Shown piece after piece: positions 1-12,210 of a stretch of DNA of 64,000 nucleotides. The DNA is taken from the NCBI GenBank assembly GCA_964016885.1, contig OZ024742.1, positions 276,086,001 through 276,150,000 on the forward strand. The letters are read 5' to 3'. The notes beneath the pieces are model-generated. The model was not told the origin of the DNA, searched no databases, and saw only the letters and a program-made list of their open reading frames with translations. A program made the position numbers and the translations under genes. Numbering within the stretch: the stretch's first letter is position 1; the number at the start of each line of letters is the position of its first letter. Source of the stretch: Eledone cirrhosa (Eukaryota).

Positions 1-129
1 GAGAAGATCTAGGGTATCTAGAGGTCATGACATAGGGAACCACCTAGCCTCCACCTTCCCATGCAGCAGGTTTTATTGGGGTTTATTACTGTATTGAGGG
101 TGGTAGCACTATCATTGAAAAAGGAGGTA

Positions 130-900
130 ATAGGCATCCTCAGCACACACACTAAAATAAAAACCTACACCACTACTGCTACTATTTCCAACACCACCAT
201 CAACATTACTAACATCTCCTTCACAACCATCAATACCACTATCACCACCTCTATGACTAATACTACCATCACTATCTGCAGACTAATACCTTGCCCCCTC
301 CTCTACTACTACTACTACTACTACCATTAAAACAAAATGCCACTACAGCCACCATCACCATCATCAAACACCAATTTTGTTGCAAACCTGATAAGATACT
401 TCTCCATCCCGCCACCACACAACACACCATCAGCCACAATCAGACAATAAGCCAGTGTTAATCTAGCCACCCTACTTTAACCATTGGACATCTCCTACCT
501 TCACCACAAATACCATCACCACCACCATTATCAGAGACCATGAGACAATAGACCAGTGTTAACCTATCTACATACCCAACTCAACTATTGGTCACCTCCT
601 ACTACTGCCACCACCAACACCACTGACACTACCATCATCTTCAACACCACCATTTGACAATAAGCCAGTGTTACCCTACACTACCCCATCTCACCTCAAC
701 CATTCATCCTCTTCACTCAGCCACAGCATTATTTCTTTAATCTTTTAATTACTGACTTGCAAACCACTGCTCAATATACATCCTCACTACCAGCACCACT
801 CCATCATCCCCATCATCAACCCCACTACCACCACCGCCATCATCACTACATACTAATTAGTCTTACTAATTAATACACATATTGTTGCATTGATGACTAC
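130..900. repeat. Low-complexity (ACC/ACT/CAT)-rich tract with three degenerate ~100-bp units
   Basis: GACAATA(A/G)..CCAGTGTTA recurs at ~443, ~544 and ~656 within trinucleotide-like sequence. Confidence 0.6.
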
Positions 901-948
901 ATCAAACACACACGCACACAAACACACACTCACACATACATATACATA

Positions 949-1049
949 CAGGGTGTCCCCCAAAAATGTATACATCATTTGATCACCTGTACAGGCAATA
1001 TTTATTAGAATGCTGTTGAAGTGTGTATACATTTTTTGGAGTTACCCTG
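949..1049. mobile_element. Tc1/mariner-type MITE
   Basis: Imperfect TIRs CAGGGTGTCCCCCAAAAATGTATACA ... TGTATACATTTTTTGGAGTTACCCTG, flanked by TA on both sides. Confidence 0.75.
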
Positions 1050-1070
1050 TATATGTTTATATAAATATAT

Positions 1071-1460
1071 AAAGATAGGAAAAGCAGCTGGAGCATTCGG
1101 TATAGTCGCTAAGATGCTAAAAGCATCTGGCATGGTAGTATACGAGCTAGTCAGATGCATAGTTAATCAAGTCGTATACCATGGCTGTTATACCCAATGA
1201 CTGGTGCAGCAGCGTCATTGTAGATTGCTTCAAGGAAAAAATGGATGCACTAGAGAGAAGTAACTGCAGAGGCATCAAGTTGATGGACCAGGTCATGAAA
1301 GTTACTGAAAGGGTTATAGTGCAACTAATTAGGGAGAGAATCAAGTTAAATGAGATGTAGTTTGAATTTATGCTAGGTAGCAGTACTACCAATGCCCTAT
1401 TTCTGGAGAGACAACTACAGGAAAGGTACTTAGGTAAGAGTAAGCCACTGTATCTAGTGT
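1071..1460 (+). pseudogene. RTE LINE RT fragment (decayed)
   Basis: Collinear with 4120-4510 (GKAAG..IVA.MLKASG, RGIKLMDQVMKVTERVIVQLIRERI, RQLQE.YL), with stops. Confidence 0.9.
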
Positions 1461-1544
1461 TGCTGAGACACAAGCTAAAACCGCTTGGAACTGGGGTCCG
1501 GATTTTACCTATCTATCGATCTATCTATCTATCTGTCTATATAT

Positions 1545-1713
1545 CATCATCATCATCATCATTATCATCATCGTTTTACGTCCATTCTTCCATGGTAGCA
1601 TGGATTAGACGGGCTGTCCTGTTGTGGGCGATGTTAGGTCGGGTGACCTTGTCTTGCTCATACAGGAACTGATTTTGGCTTGATTTCTACAGCTGAATGC
1701 CCTTCCTAACACT
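1545..1713 (-). mobile_element. RTE 3'-tail fragment
   Basis: Reverse complement reads GTTAGGAAGGGCATTCAGCTGTAGAAA ... CCGTCTAATCCATGCTACCATGGAA ... (GAT)n. Confidence 0.85.
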
Positions 1714-1822
1714 AATATATATATATATATAATATTGTCTGGGATTCAGAAACCTTTGGTAATGGAGTAGTTCTATACATAGAGCACTCTTTTTTCCTTT
1801 GCTTTTCCTTCAGAATTACCTA

Positions 1823-1884
<62 letters not shown>

Positions 1885-1886
<2 letters not shown>

Positions 1887-2115
1887 AGTCCACACTGTAA
1901 AGTGGTCGTATAGGCATCATGACAAAAGACACCCAGTACTCACTGTAAATTAGGTTGGCACTAGGAAGGGCATCCAGCTGTAGAGATTATGCCAAAATCG
2001 GTTCTGTATGAGCATGACATGATCACCTGACCTAACATTGCTATGCTAAAAACAGGATAACTCGTCTAACCCATGTCAGTGTGGAAAAATTGACATTAAA
2101 TGATGATGATGATGA
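1885..2115 (+). mobile_element. RTE 3'-tail fragment (one pseudoknot unit + tail)
   Basis: CCACACTGTAAAGTGGTCGT ... AGGAAGGGCATCCAGCTGTAG ... AACCCATG ... (GAT)n. Confidence 0.85.
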
Positions 2116-2683
2116 TATATATATATATATATGTAAACATGCATACATAAACACACAAAAAACATATTGACCCCCACTACATGTTTTTCAGGTTTGGTAC
2201 TTATTTTATTAATATCTGCATTTTCTGTCTACCACATTCCATTAACAAGGCATTGGTCAGCCTGAGCTCCAAACCAGTAAGAGAATTAAAGAATTTAATA
2301 GGTGAGTTTGTGTGTGTGTCTGCACATGTATAAGTATGTGTCTATGTATATGTGAAAATGTGTATGTGAGAGACTGAGAAAGAGAGCATGTGTGAGTGTG
2401 TGGACATGTCTATGTGTGTTGGTTCCTGTCTATGTCTATATGTTCGGTGTAAGTGTGTGTGTAGTGATAACTCACATTTGGCTGTTAACACTACCATCTA
2501 CCCAGCTACCATCAAATACATAGATATACAGTACAGACTACTATAGTGCTGTGTAATGTTAAGGAAAACAAACCTGACATTGTTATCAGGCACTTGGTTA
2601 CTACTAAAGACATATATTGTATAGGAAGTTAAGAATTCAGCTGCTATCTAGCAGAGCCAGGAGAAGAAATGGTTTCTATATAC

Positions 2684-2812
2684 TCTTTTACTAGTTTCAG
2701 TCATTTGACTGTGGTCATGCTGGGGAATCACCTTGAAAGAATTTAGTTGGGCATACCTACTTCCAGTACTGATTTTTTAAAGTCCACTACTTATTTTATC
2801 AATCACTTTGGC
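2684..2812 (-). mobile_element. SINE 3' fragment
   Basis: Reverse complement has CAGCATGACCACAGTCAAATGACTGAAACTAGTAAAAGAG. The same tail occurs at ~7850-7895 and ~39270-39303. Confidence 0.7.
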
Positions 2813-2825
2813 AAATTTTTAAATA

Positions 2826-5800
2826 CGAGGTACATTCAGTGAGTCTGCTAGATCCATTGTGGGTAAAAAAATGATGCTATAAACTTTTCTGGGTGGGAAA
2901 TGACAACGAACTGGGTGGAGTAGGAATTATGTTAGCTGAAAAATAGGTAGATAAAGTAATTGACGTAAATAGAGTGAATGACAGAATAATTAAAATAAGA
3001 CTAGTTCTAAATAGAACTACTGTGACAATAATATCCGCTTATGCACCCCAATCTGGTCTACCTGACGTTACAAAGGACAGGTTCTATGAGTCCCTAATGC
3101 ACACTACCTCCCAAATAACCGACAGCGACTACATAATTATTGCTGGCGACCTAAACGGTCACGTTGGACAACATCGTGATGGCTATGATGGAATCCATGG
3201 AGGCTATGGGTTTGGTAATAGAAATGAGGAAGGCTTCAGAATCCTAGAATTCTGTGACGCTAATAACCTAACTAACTGTAACACAAACTTCAAAAAAAGA
3301 GAAAACTACTTGATCACCTATAGATCAGGGGAACAAGCCAGCCAGATAGATTATATACTTACTAGAAGACGTGATAAAGTGTCTGTTGTAAACACTAAAT
3401 CCCTCCCCCGGGAAGAATGCACCTCCCAACATAGCCTAGTAGTTAGTGACCTCATAGTCAGGAATAGACGTACTCGACGACAGAGGAGGACTACCCCGAG
3501 GAGAAGAATATGGAAGTTGAAGGACCCCATAGCCAGTGACAAATTTAAAAGCTTATTACTTGACAATAAGGAAGAGCAATTAGAGACGTACAATATAGAG
3601 GAACAGTGGGAATTCCTGAAAGCTAACCTACTGAAAGCGACAGAAGAAATCTGTGGCTGGAGCAGACCTATTAGCAGGAGGAGAGTAACTTGATGGTGGA
3701 ACAGTAAGGTGGAGGAGACAATCAAGGCCAAAAAGCAGGCTTGGAAAGTATGGCAGGATGGGGGAAGTAGAGAACACTATCAAGCGGTCAGGAGAGAAGC
3801 TAGGAGACAAGTGTACCTTGCAGAAAGGGAAGCAGAGGATAGAAAGTTCAAGCATGTTCTACAACGTGAGGTGTTCAGGATTGTTAGACAATGTATCAAA
3901 GAAAACCGCGATATTGTCGGGGAGAAGTGTGTCCGTAATGATAATGGTGTACTTGCCCTCACTGATACTGATAAGAAGGTAGCTTGGAAGTGTCACTACG
4001 AGAGACTATTAAATGAGGAGAATAAATGGGAAAAAGATAGTCTGCCCCAAATCGATCCAATAGAGGGACCAGCAGTGCAAGTTAAAGGTAGTATAATAAG
4101 TAAGGCAATCAAAGATATGAAGACAGGCAAGGCAGCTGGACCTTAAGAGATAGTTGCTGAGATGTTGAAAAGCATCTGGATCGGTGGGACATACTATGGT
4201 CACCTGTATAGTAAACCAAGTAATACAGAATGGGATCATACCAAAAGACTGGCGCAGCAGCAGCATCATTAACTGCTACAAGGGTAAAGGAGATGCTCTA
4301 GATAGGGGTAACTATAGAGGCATTAAGTTAGTTGACCAGGTCATGAAGGTCACAGAAAGAGTTATAGTGCAACTAATCAGAGAGCGAATTGATCTAGATG
4401 AAATGCAGTTTGGGTTTGTGTCAGGTAAAAGTACCACAGACGCCCTTTTCCTTGTACGACAACTACAGGAGAAGTACCTAGCTAAAAGTAAACTCCTATA
4501 CTTAGCTTTTGTAGACCTAGAGAAAGCCTTTGAAACCTAGAGAAAGCCTTTGACAGAGTCCCCTGCTCCATTATCTGGTGGGCTTTTAGAAAACTAGGTG
4601 TAGATGAATGGCTTGTGAGAGCTATACAAGCCATGTATAAAGAAACAGTCAGTAACAATGAATATAGTGAAAAATTTAGTGTAAAAGTTGGTGTTCATCA
4701 AGGCTCTGTCCTTAGCCCCCTCCTATTTATTATTGCCCTTCAGGCTATAACAGAGGAATTTAAGACCGGCTGCCCATGGGAACTCCTATACGCAGATGAT
4801 CTAACTCTCATAGCTGAATCTATGGTTGAACTAGAGAAGAAATTCCAAACATGGAAGCATGGCCTAGAATCAAAAGGTCTTAAAGTTAACTTGTCTAAGA
4901 CTAAAGTTCTAGTTTGTAGAAAGGAAAATAGGGTACAGGTTCCCTCTGGGAAATGGCCATGCTCAGTGTGTAGGAAAGGAGTAGGTAGAAATTCCATTTT
5001 ATGTCTTAAATGCAAACTATGGGTACATAAAAGATGTAGTGAGATCACAGGTAAACTATCTAAGAATGTAGATTTTATATGTGGCCGATGCTCAGGTGCA
5101 ATAAGTAGCAAGTGCCCACAGGATACTAGCTCCTTCTATTGCCCAGATGGTTCTATAGAAATAGTGGACACTTTCCGTTACCTGGGTGACAAAATCAGCA
5201 GTGATGGAGGGTGCTCTGAAAGTACAGTAGCCAGAGTCAGAACGGGATGGAAAAAGTTCAGAGAGCTTACACCGCTGTTGGCCACAAAAGATTTCTCTCT
5301 AAAAATGAAAGGCAGATTGTATGATGCCTGCATACGAACAGCAATGTTGCATGGCAATGAGATCTGGGCATTGTGTGCAGAGGGCCTGCGCAGACTGGAA
5401 AGGAACGAAGCATGCATGCTCTGTTGGATGTGTAATAGTAATATAAGTGAACAGCAAAGCATAAATGAACAAAGTGAGAAATTAGGAATAAGAGGGATCA
5501 GATGCTGTTTACTTGAGAGAAGACTACGTTGGTATGGTCACGTGATGCGCATGAAAGATGACAGCTGTATAAAAAAGTGTAGGGCGATCAAAATTGATGG
5601 AAGTTACGAAGTAGGTAGACCCAGAAAAACCTGGGACAATTAGATAAATTCTGACCTTACACACTTGCACCTCTCTAAGACAATGTCACTGGACCGAGAT
5701 CTTTGGCACCACGCAGTAATACAGAAGACCCGCCTTGCCTATGTACAAAGCGAAACCTAGAGTCAGTAGGCACCTCTTAACCAAATATACACACCATCCC

Positions 5801-6332
5801 ACTACCCCTACCCTATCCTCCCACTCCCACCAACACCACCCTCTCTCTGTAAAGTTGGTACCACAACATCCAGTCCAAATAAATGAGAAAATGAGATTGT
5901 GTAGGTGTCATGACAAAAAAAACACACAGTCCACGCTGTAATGTGGCCGTGTAGGTAACACGGTAACAAATTCCCAGTCCACATTGTAAATGTGGTTGGT
6001 GTTGGCAAGGGCAACCAGCCATAGAAAACCTGCCTCAAATTGAGACAACTCCTGTGTAACCCATGCTAGCGTGGAAGATGGACGTCAAACGATGATGATG
6101 ATGATGATGATGATTCAATAAGTTTTGAGACTTTTTCTTTTCAGGCACTTTGGGAGCTGAGTCTACTGTCATGATCCAGAGACCAAAAGACAGAGTGCCC
6201 AGCGGCTGGAGCACTACAATAAGTGCATTGAAGTTGGAGGATCCTACTTAGAGGGAAACTAGAGTTTTCTGTTGATCTGAGTTAAATAAATGTCTCTCTG
6301 ATAAAGTCTCAAAACCTCTTGAGTGTGCCTCA
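2826..6332 (+). mobile_element. Mariner deletion derivative (~230 bp) whose left TIR is split by the RTE insertion (pieces 2826-2838 and 6113-6332)
   Basis: The rejoined left end ta-CGAGGTACATTCA|ATAAGTTTTGAGACTTT matches the reverse complement of the right end ta-TGAGGCACACTCAAGAGGTTTTGAGACTTT. The interior encodes DPETKRQS and RLEHYNKCIEVGGSYLEG, which are mariner transposase motifs. Confidence 0.8.
2839..6112 (+). mobile_element. RTE-clade LINE copy 1, 5'-truncated, pseudogenised (APE endonuclease, RT, PHD finger, 3' UTR, (GAT)n tail)
   Basis: ORFs 2974-3693 (SAYAPQ, IAGDLNGHVG, QIDYIL), 4184-4540 (NYRGIKL, FVDLEKAF) and 4615-5643 (GVHQGSVLSPLLF, YADD, RRLRWYGHV, GRPRKTW). ATTCA is duplicated at 2834-2838 and 6113-6117. 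Confidence 0.95.
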
Positions 6333-6379
6333 TAGACATACACACACGCACACATACACCAAATGTTTAAAGTATTTCT

Positions 6380-6858
6380 ATTTATCTAACAACCTTCTAT
6401 TATAATTCTATGTAAGAACATTTCTTAAGTTATGTTTAAAACACCAATTTAATTATTTTATTAAATCTCTTCAAATTTTGGATTATTTTCAAAATTAATT
6501 AAAAATCATAAGCTGTGAATTTTATTAGAAATATATTAATGAAAGAGATAAAGTATTTATATTTACATAAAAACCTTTATGAAGTTATGTTCCAAACACC
6601 AGCTTAAATAGTTTCTAATTTAGGAACATAGCTAGCAATGTAGATAGAGTGAAGAGAAAGTCGATTAAATTGCCCAAAGTACCTGACTGGTACTTTATTT
6701 CATTGATCCTAGAAGGATGAAAAGCATTACATCAACTTATTAATAAAAAGGTAGTTAGCTAAATTACTATATCCCTCCAAATTCTTGATTATTTTCAAAA
6801 TTATTTGAAAATCATAAGCATTGTTTTTCATTAGAAATATGGTAACGAAAGGGTTAAA
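6380..6858 (+). mobile_element. piggyBac-like MITE fragments interrupted by a reverse SINE piece
   Basis: Same body as 13152-13366 and ends in GAAAGGG-TTAA. A SINE fragment lies at ~6610-6725. Confidence 0.55.
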
Positions 6859-8384
6859 ACCATAGAATGGATGCTTATGTTAATGTTGATCATAGTTCTG
6901 CTTTTGAAGATAAGACTCTGAAGGTCTAGAAATGTGGAGAGATGTGGAATCTTTAATGTTCCAAATAAACTGTAAACAACTTAGATAATATGATAAAACT
7001 TTTAGTTTAAAAAACAGATAAAACTAGAACACAGACTTGTGTTTCAATATAACATGTTTAACAGAAAAGCTGTTCACCATGCATACATATGTAAGTATAT
7101 CATCATCATTATATATTTTTTATTTCAAATAGGAATGACTTCTTATAAATATATTACACACGCACACACACATCCTTCTAGTTATAATAAAAAATATAAT
7201 TAGATCAGTTGAAATCTGAAGGGAAACATCTGATCTTTATGGATAAAACAGATTGTTGGTGATGGTGGTGGTAGGTAGCAGTGGTGTATGATGGTGTGTG
7301 GTAGTAATGGTGTTAAATGATAGCAACTTTCCAAAGCAAAATGTAACAATAGGTTACAATATCTCACTTGAAAATAAAATCAAACCACTCGGCATGAGTT
7401 GACTACATTCTCAAGTGGATCACATATAAAAGGAGCCAAACAGCAGATTAGATCAAAGAAACTAGTTTTCATTGATTCCTTAATTAATGAGTTAGTATTG
7501 AATTAAATGCCTTGGTATTTTGTTCTGATTCTCTGCACTATCCTGTGTTCACCTGTTACCAGTGCCACTTTTGCCTTTTGGGGTTGATGAATATAGTCTA
7601 AGGTGGTGGATTGGCTGAATTGTGAGAGTTGAAATGGATGCTTTGTGGTATCTGTTCCAATTCTGTGTTCTGAGTTCAAACCTCACTTCCTTCTGTCAAG
7701 AGATGCAACTTGTATATAGTATCACCTAGTGAAAACATAGTTTCCTTCATTTCATCTGATGATTGGCTACTATCCATCTATGATAAAATAAATAACAGAC
7801 TATAAAAAAATAAATGCTGGGGTCAATACAATCGACTAAATCTTTTCAAGATGGCCACAGTCTAATAACTGAAACCCAGTAAAGGAATAAAAGAATACTA
7901 TTTCTATCTCTACATGTGTATGTAAAAAGATGTATAAGAATCAGAATTATTGTTGATCTGAGAGGAGAGACAGAGAGAAAGAAAATTAGAGATGAGTGAA
8001 AGGTAGTGGAAAAGTATAAGAGAGATTGAGGGAGAGAGAGAGGTATGCGTGTGTGTGTGGGGGGGGGGCTGTAAAGTTACAACACAACTGATTAGGAATA
8101 GAATTAGTCTAAATGTGGTGTGGTTTGATACTGTGCCAGGAAGAAAAAGTACTGCTGATGGCATATTCCCCTTAGTTTGACAATAGGTGAAGGCATGGCT
8201 GTGTTGTTAAAGCATTCACTTGACAACCAAATGGTTTCGGGTTCAATTCCTAATAAAATTTTACTTGTATTTTTTTTCTAATACAAGGGAGTTTATGGGG
8301 AGGTTAGGCTGCTTACACATTGAGTAAAGAGTATACCAACTTTCTATTGCTCAATGATTCTAAAAATAGATTGTTTACATTTAC

Positions 8385-9345
8385 TGTGCTGGGACAGCAA
8401 GCAGCAAACAGCCACAGGAAACAAGTACCACCAATCTCTGGGAGGGCTCTGTAGAAACAGTAGACAGCTTCTGCTACCTAGGTGACCGAATTAGCAGCGG
8501 AGATGGGTGTTCAGAAAGTACAATAACTAGGGTAAGAACGGGATGGAAGAAGTTTAGGGAACTACTACCACTGCTAGCTGCAAAAGGCTTCTCCCTCAGA
8601 ATGAAAGGCAGACTGTATGATGCGTGTATCCGAACAGCAATGTTGCATGGTAGTGAGATCTGGGCGCTGAAGGTGGAAGACTTACGTAGATTAGAGAGAA
8701 ATGAAGCCTGCATGCTCCGATGGATGTGTAACAGTAATATACGTAAACGACAAAGCATAAATGAATTGAGAGAGAGACTGAGCATAAGAGGAATCAAATG
8801 CTGTGTGCTGGAGAGGCGGTTGCGCTGGTATGGACATGTGATGCGTATGAAGGATGACAGCTGCATAAAAAGGTGCAGAGCACTAGAAGTTGATGGAAAC
8901 CACAGAGTGGGGAGACCCAAGATGACCTGGGATGAGGTGATAAAAGCCGACCTTACCCAATTACACCTCTCAAAGGCGATGACACACGACCGTGACCTCT
9001 GGCGTCACGCAGTAATACAGAGTACCCGACCTCCCATGGGTACAAGCTGAAGCATATAGACAATATGCTCCCACCGTAAGGTGGTCGTGGAGGTGCCACG
9101 GCAAAAAAGCACCCAGCCCACACTGTAAAGCGGACGTGTAGGCGCCACGAAAAAGCACCCAGCACTCACTGTAAATGAGGCTGGTGTTAGGAAGGGCATC
9201 CAGCTGTAGAAATCAAGTCAAATCAGTTCCTGTATGAGCAAGGCATGGTCAGCCGACCAGACACTGCCCACAACAGGACAACCCGTCTAACCCATGCTAG
9301 CGGGGAAGAACGGACGTAAAACGGTGATGATGATGATGATGATGA
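8385..9345 (+). mobile_element. RTE LINE 3' fragment with 3' UTR and (GAT)n tail
   Basis: ORF 8601-9050 is homologous to the C-terminus of copy 1 (MKGRLYDACIRTAMLHGSE ... GRPKMTWDEVI). Confidence 0.95.
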
Positions 9346-9574
9346 ATATAAAGTTTAATATAATGGAAAAAGTTTGTTGGTGCTGCTTTGGTGTAAATGA
9401 TAAATACGGCTTAACAATATATTGCAAGTGTGGGTTTGAGTCCCATGCGCGGTGGTGTAGAAAATTTTTTCTATCTTCAGAGATTATATACCCAACTTAT
9501 AAGACTATTTATCATATTTAAGCAATGTTGATGCTTCTTTCAAATTCACCAATATATATATATAGTATACTATA

Positions 9575-9758
9575 TATACGGTCCTGTAACTCTGAGTACA
9601 GCAGATTTCTTCCAGAGAGAGGAAGAATCAGCCCTAGTAGTAGACTAGTACTTTTATTATTGACCACGAAAGGATGAAAGGCAAAGTTGAACCCAGAGAG
9701 CAGAACGAATACCATAAAGCACTATATCCGAAGTTCTAATGACTCTACCAATTCACTG
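9575..9758 (-). mobile_element. tRNA-derived SINE (Deu/Nin-like central domain)
   Basis: Reverse complement contains ACTTTGCCTTTCATCCTTTCGTGGTCAATAATAAAAGTAC. Same family as 11670-11855. Confidence 0.7.
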
Positions 9759-9768
9759 TGTGTGTGTG

Positions 9769-10111
9769 TGGAGGCACATGGCTTAGTGGTTAGAGCATTG
9801 GCCTTGCAATCGAAAGGTTGTGAGTTCAATTCTCAGACCGGGTGATGTGTTGTTTCCTTGAGCAAGACACTTTATTTCACATTGCTCCAGTTTACTCAGC
9901 TGTAGAAATGAGATGATAGGGACTGGGGTCCATATCATTCCACTGCAAAGTGGTCGTGGAGGCGCCACGGCAAAAAAGCACCCACCACTCACTGTAAATG
10001 AGGTTGGAAGGGCATCCAGCTGTAGAAATCGAGCCAAAATCAGTTTCCGTCCCACCCTTGCAAGCAGGGAAAAGGCAGACGTAAAATGAAATGATGATGA
10101 TGATGAAATGA

Positions 10112-10113
<2 letters not shown>
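9769..10113 (+). mobile_element. tRNA/CORE-like SINE head abutting an RTE 3' tail
   Basis: A box TGGCTTAGTGG, B box GAGTTCAATTC, CORE-like TCCTTGAGCAAGACACTT, then the pseudoknot unit, GGAAGGGCATCC and (GAT)n. Confidence 0.75.
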
Positions 10114-10153
<40 letters not shown>

Positions 10154-10198
10154 TTGAGGATGTGTTGGTTGGTTACCAACACTTCTGTTCAAGATCTA

Positions 10199-10257
10199 GC
10201 TGCCTGATGAGGTCATAACTGTTGAATAATGGTTATCACCGAAATATATATGGCAGC
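10199..10257 (+). ncRNA. Minimal type-I hammerhead ribozyme motif (position 17 = G, probably inactive) in a Penelope-like pLTR fragment
   Basis: GCTGC-CTGATGA-stem II (GGT.ATAAC/GTTAT.ACC)-GAA-ATATATAT-G-GCAGC. Same family as 18823-18877. Confidence 0.75.
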
Positions 10258-11044
10258 GAATATGAATAAACAAAGTTAATTTTAACCTGTTGATTCTCTA
10301 TGTCTTTTGTCTTTCTCGATATAGATACACCTATGTAACAAATATACTATCTTAGTTAGTTCATGCTACTATATATATTTACCAGAAATGTTTGTTTGGC
10401 TTGTTGGTATATGTGATTGAAGAAGGGAAAGCAATTTTCACCAAAGCATCGGTATAGACCAATAAGGAAATAAAACTGCTAATTACATATATTTATTTCT
10501 TGCATTGAAATTCAACAAAACCACAAGAGAAACAATAATGCAACGGAGGTATGCAAAACTTCAAAATAACATTAGTTAAGTATGTTTCATTAACATATTA
10601 GTATAATATAGAGTTCACAGAAGAAGAGTTATTTTGTTGTGATATAGTGGACCTTGTAAGCAAAATGTATTAGAGAGAGACAGATTGAATATGTGAAAGT
10701 AGAGATACAATAGAATAAAGATATCATCTTGATGCCTGGCAGATTGACTAACCTAGTGGCATGGCTGTAGCAGTGCTGCCCATTGCTGCTGAGTGCTACA
10801 GCCAAAGTCTTTTGTGGAGTCTCTAACAGAGGCCTTGGTGCTGTATGGTTTGCGCACTCCCACACACCACCACCACCACTTGTACTCTATCAGCCATACT
10901 CCCACACCACTTAATCCTTTCTCCCTGTACACCCCTTCCACTTACTCATTGCCCTGCCAAATTTCTATATACACCTATAACTTCATACCTATCTCCCTCC
11001 CTATCACCCTACTCCTCAGAGCAGAGAGGGGGTCTTCAGTTGGG

Positions 11045-11603
11045 ACTATGACAAACAACTTCTCTAGTGCTGATACCATGAAAATGCACCCAGTACACTC
11101 TGTAAGGGTTGAGGGCAACAGGCAGGGCACCCCACTGCAGAAACCATGCCTAAAAGAGTTAAGAAGACCCTTCAGTTGCAGTTGTGTCAATGACACAATA
11201 ACCTCTTTAGTGTTCTATACAAGAAATGCACCCAGTACATGCTGTAAAATGGTTGATGATAGGAAGGGCATCCGACCGTAGAAAGCTTGTCAAACAAAAT
11301 GTTGGGAAAACCCTTCAGTTATGTCAAGGACATGACAACCTCCCTGGTGTTGGTGTTCTACATGATAGAAGTATCCAATACATGCTGTAAAGTGGTTGGT
11401 GTTAGGAAGGGCATGCAGCCATAAAAATCAGTTTGTGTCAAAGACTGTTTCAAACAAGGTGCAGAGACCTTCTCCCTCAACCTGCCTGAGTGGTCAGTTT
11501 CCCCCCACCTCACATCTCTGGGAGGTCAGTAGCCTCACATCAGTACTGGCTTGGTCTATGTAGATCCATCCAACCCTTGCTAGCAGGGAAAGAGTACTGA
11601 TGA
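11045..11603 (+). repeat. Three diverged ~140-bp tandem copies of the RTE-tail module followed by a terminal tail
   Basis: GCACCCAGTACA..CTGTAA ... GG(A/C)AGGGCA at ~11087, ~11228 and ~11371. Confidence 0.7.
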
Positions 11604-11669
11604 TTTATTTAAATGTATATTATAGGTACATGAAATTACAAGATATCTCCTTCAAAATATGGCTCTTAA

Positions 11670-11855
11670 CGGTGGATTGGCAGTATCGGTAGAGGGTCGG
11701 ACGCCATGCTTTCCAGCATAGTTACGTCCCTTTACGATCTGAGTTCAAATCCCGCCGAGGTTGACTTTGCCTTTCATCCTTACGGAGTCGATAAAATAAA
11801 GTACCAGTAATGCACTGGGTAATTGCTGGCCTTGTGCCTAAAGTAGAAACAATTA
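11670..11855 (+). mobile_element. tRNA-derived SINE (Deu/Nin-like domain)
   Basis: TGGCAGTATCGGTAG A box, GAGTTCAAATCCC B box and GACTTTGCCTTTCATCCTTACGGAGTCGATAAAATAAAGTACC. Near-identical to 28527-28717. Confidence 0.85.
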
Positions 11856-12210
11856 TTTTCCTTATGGTGCCGTTTCATAATTCAAAATTCCGGAACAAAA
11901 ATATGTCTAAGTAATCAATCATCAATTACCAACGATTAACTTTGGTAAAGCTACAGAAGCCAACAAACTGATCATCAGAAGAATTGTCTTTAGATATGGC
12001 CCATACAGTACAAAACACCTTTATATCAGTCAGGTTCTGAAAGCTAGTTAAAACTCTACACAGCATGGTGTGAAAAAATGTCAACTTTCTGGGCAGATAT
12101 AAATAGGTTTGGATATTGCATTCGTTAGAAAGAGGTGCAAAGTACTAGTCACAGTTTAAGCAACTCAACAAATTAAGAATTTGGAGCAGTTATATACTAT
12201 GTTAAGGTAC

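Noticed and set aside
61-330. Thr-rich ORF
   Set aside because: It is a low-complexity ACC/ACT tract with no domain signal.
9769-9845. tRNA gene
   Set aside because: A and B boxes are present but there is no clean acceptor stem, and it continues into a SINE body.
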